From the human T2T-CHM13v2.0 reference genome, Homo sapiens, in assembly GCF_009914755.1 (NCBI RefSeq), contig NC_060929.1: a stretch of 64,000 nucleotides of DNA, one strand, 5' to 3'. This document shows, in pieces, positions 63,203-64,000 of this stretch; the stretch's first letter is position 1, and every line of letters begins with the position of its first letter. The notes under the pieces are model-generated. The model was not told where the DNA came from and searched no databases. It saw only the letters and a program-made list of their open reading frames with translations. The translations under genes and the position numbers were made by a program.

Positions 63203-64000
63203 AATTTAACTAAAGAGCTTCTGCACAGGAAAAGGAACAGTTGGCAGAGTAAACAGGCAGCCCACACAGTGGGAGAAAATATTCACAATCTATATATCTG
63301 ACAAAGGACTAATATTGAGAATCTGCAAAGAACTCAAACAAATCAGGAAGAAAAAAACAAACAATCCCATCAAAAAGTGGGCTAAGGACATAAACAGACA
63401 ATTCTCAAAAGAAGATATACAAGTGGACAAAAATATGAAAAAATGCTCAACATCACTAATGATCAGGGAAATGCAAATCAAAACCACAATGCAATACCAC
63501 CTTTCTTCTGCAAGAATGGCCATAATCAAAATAAAAAAAAATAGATGTCGGTATGGATATGGTAAAAAGGGAACATTTCTATGCTGCTGGCGGGAATGTA
63601 AACTAGCACTACCCCTATGGAAAACAGTGTGAAGATTCCTTAAAGAACTAAGAGTAGAACTTCCATTTGATCCAGCAATCCCACCACTGGATAGCTACCC
63701 AGAGGAACAGAAATCATTATACAAAAAGATAGTTGCACATGCATGTTTACAGCAGCACAATTCACAATTGCAAAAATATGGACCCGGCCCAAATGCCCAT
63801 CAATCAATGACTGGATAAAGAAATTGTGGTGTATATATGCGATGGAATACTACTCAGCCATAAAATGGAATGATTTAATGGCATTTGCAGCAACCTGGAT
63901 AACATTGGAGACTATTATCCTAAGTGAAGTAACTCAAGAATGAAAAACCAAACATCCTAGATTCTGACTCATAAGTGGGAGCTAAGCTATGAGGATGCGA
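63201..64000 (+). mobile_element. L1PB ORF2 C-terminus and start of 3' UTR (runs off window)
   Basis: [62 protein letters not shown]; GAAGTAACTCAAGAATG...GCTAAGCTATGAGGATGC. Confidence 0.96.

Overview
AT-rich, CpG-depleted primate (most likely human or great-ape) genomic DNA, dominated by interspersed repeats: Alu, L1, L2, MIR, many MaLR/ERVL/ERV1 LTR elements and several DNA-transposon MITEs. I can support no protein-coding gene. The ORF-track entries are Alu/L1/MaLR remnants or chance ORFs. Repeat family names come from my recall of consensus sequences, not from a database search, so subfamily calls and the edges of old elements are approximate. The most notable item is a ~5.9-kb MER41A-type ERV1 element (minus strand, 8082-13998). 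Its 3' LTR stops 16 nt after AATAAA and runs into an A-rich tail, and only ~6 nt of the 5' LTR remain. That pattern suggests an L1-made processed retrocopy of an ERV transcript rather than a normal provirus. It also carries an embedded tRNA-Glu-like segment and a duplicated PBS module. Other structures: an LTR16A/ERVL provirus whose two ends lie on opposite strands, a twin-primed (5'-inverted) L1PB, triple-nested MaLR LTRs, a young L1PA2 with a perfect TSD, and a few unique-sequence candidates for enhancers or non-coding exons (43.4 kb, 45.0-45.9 kb, 55.1 kb). I found no convincing wholly new biological system.
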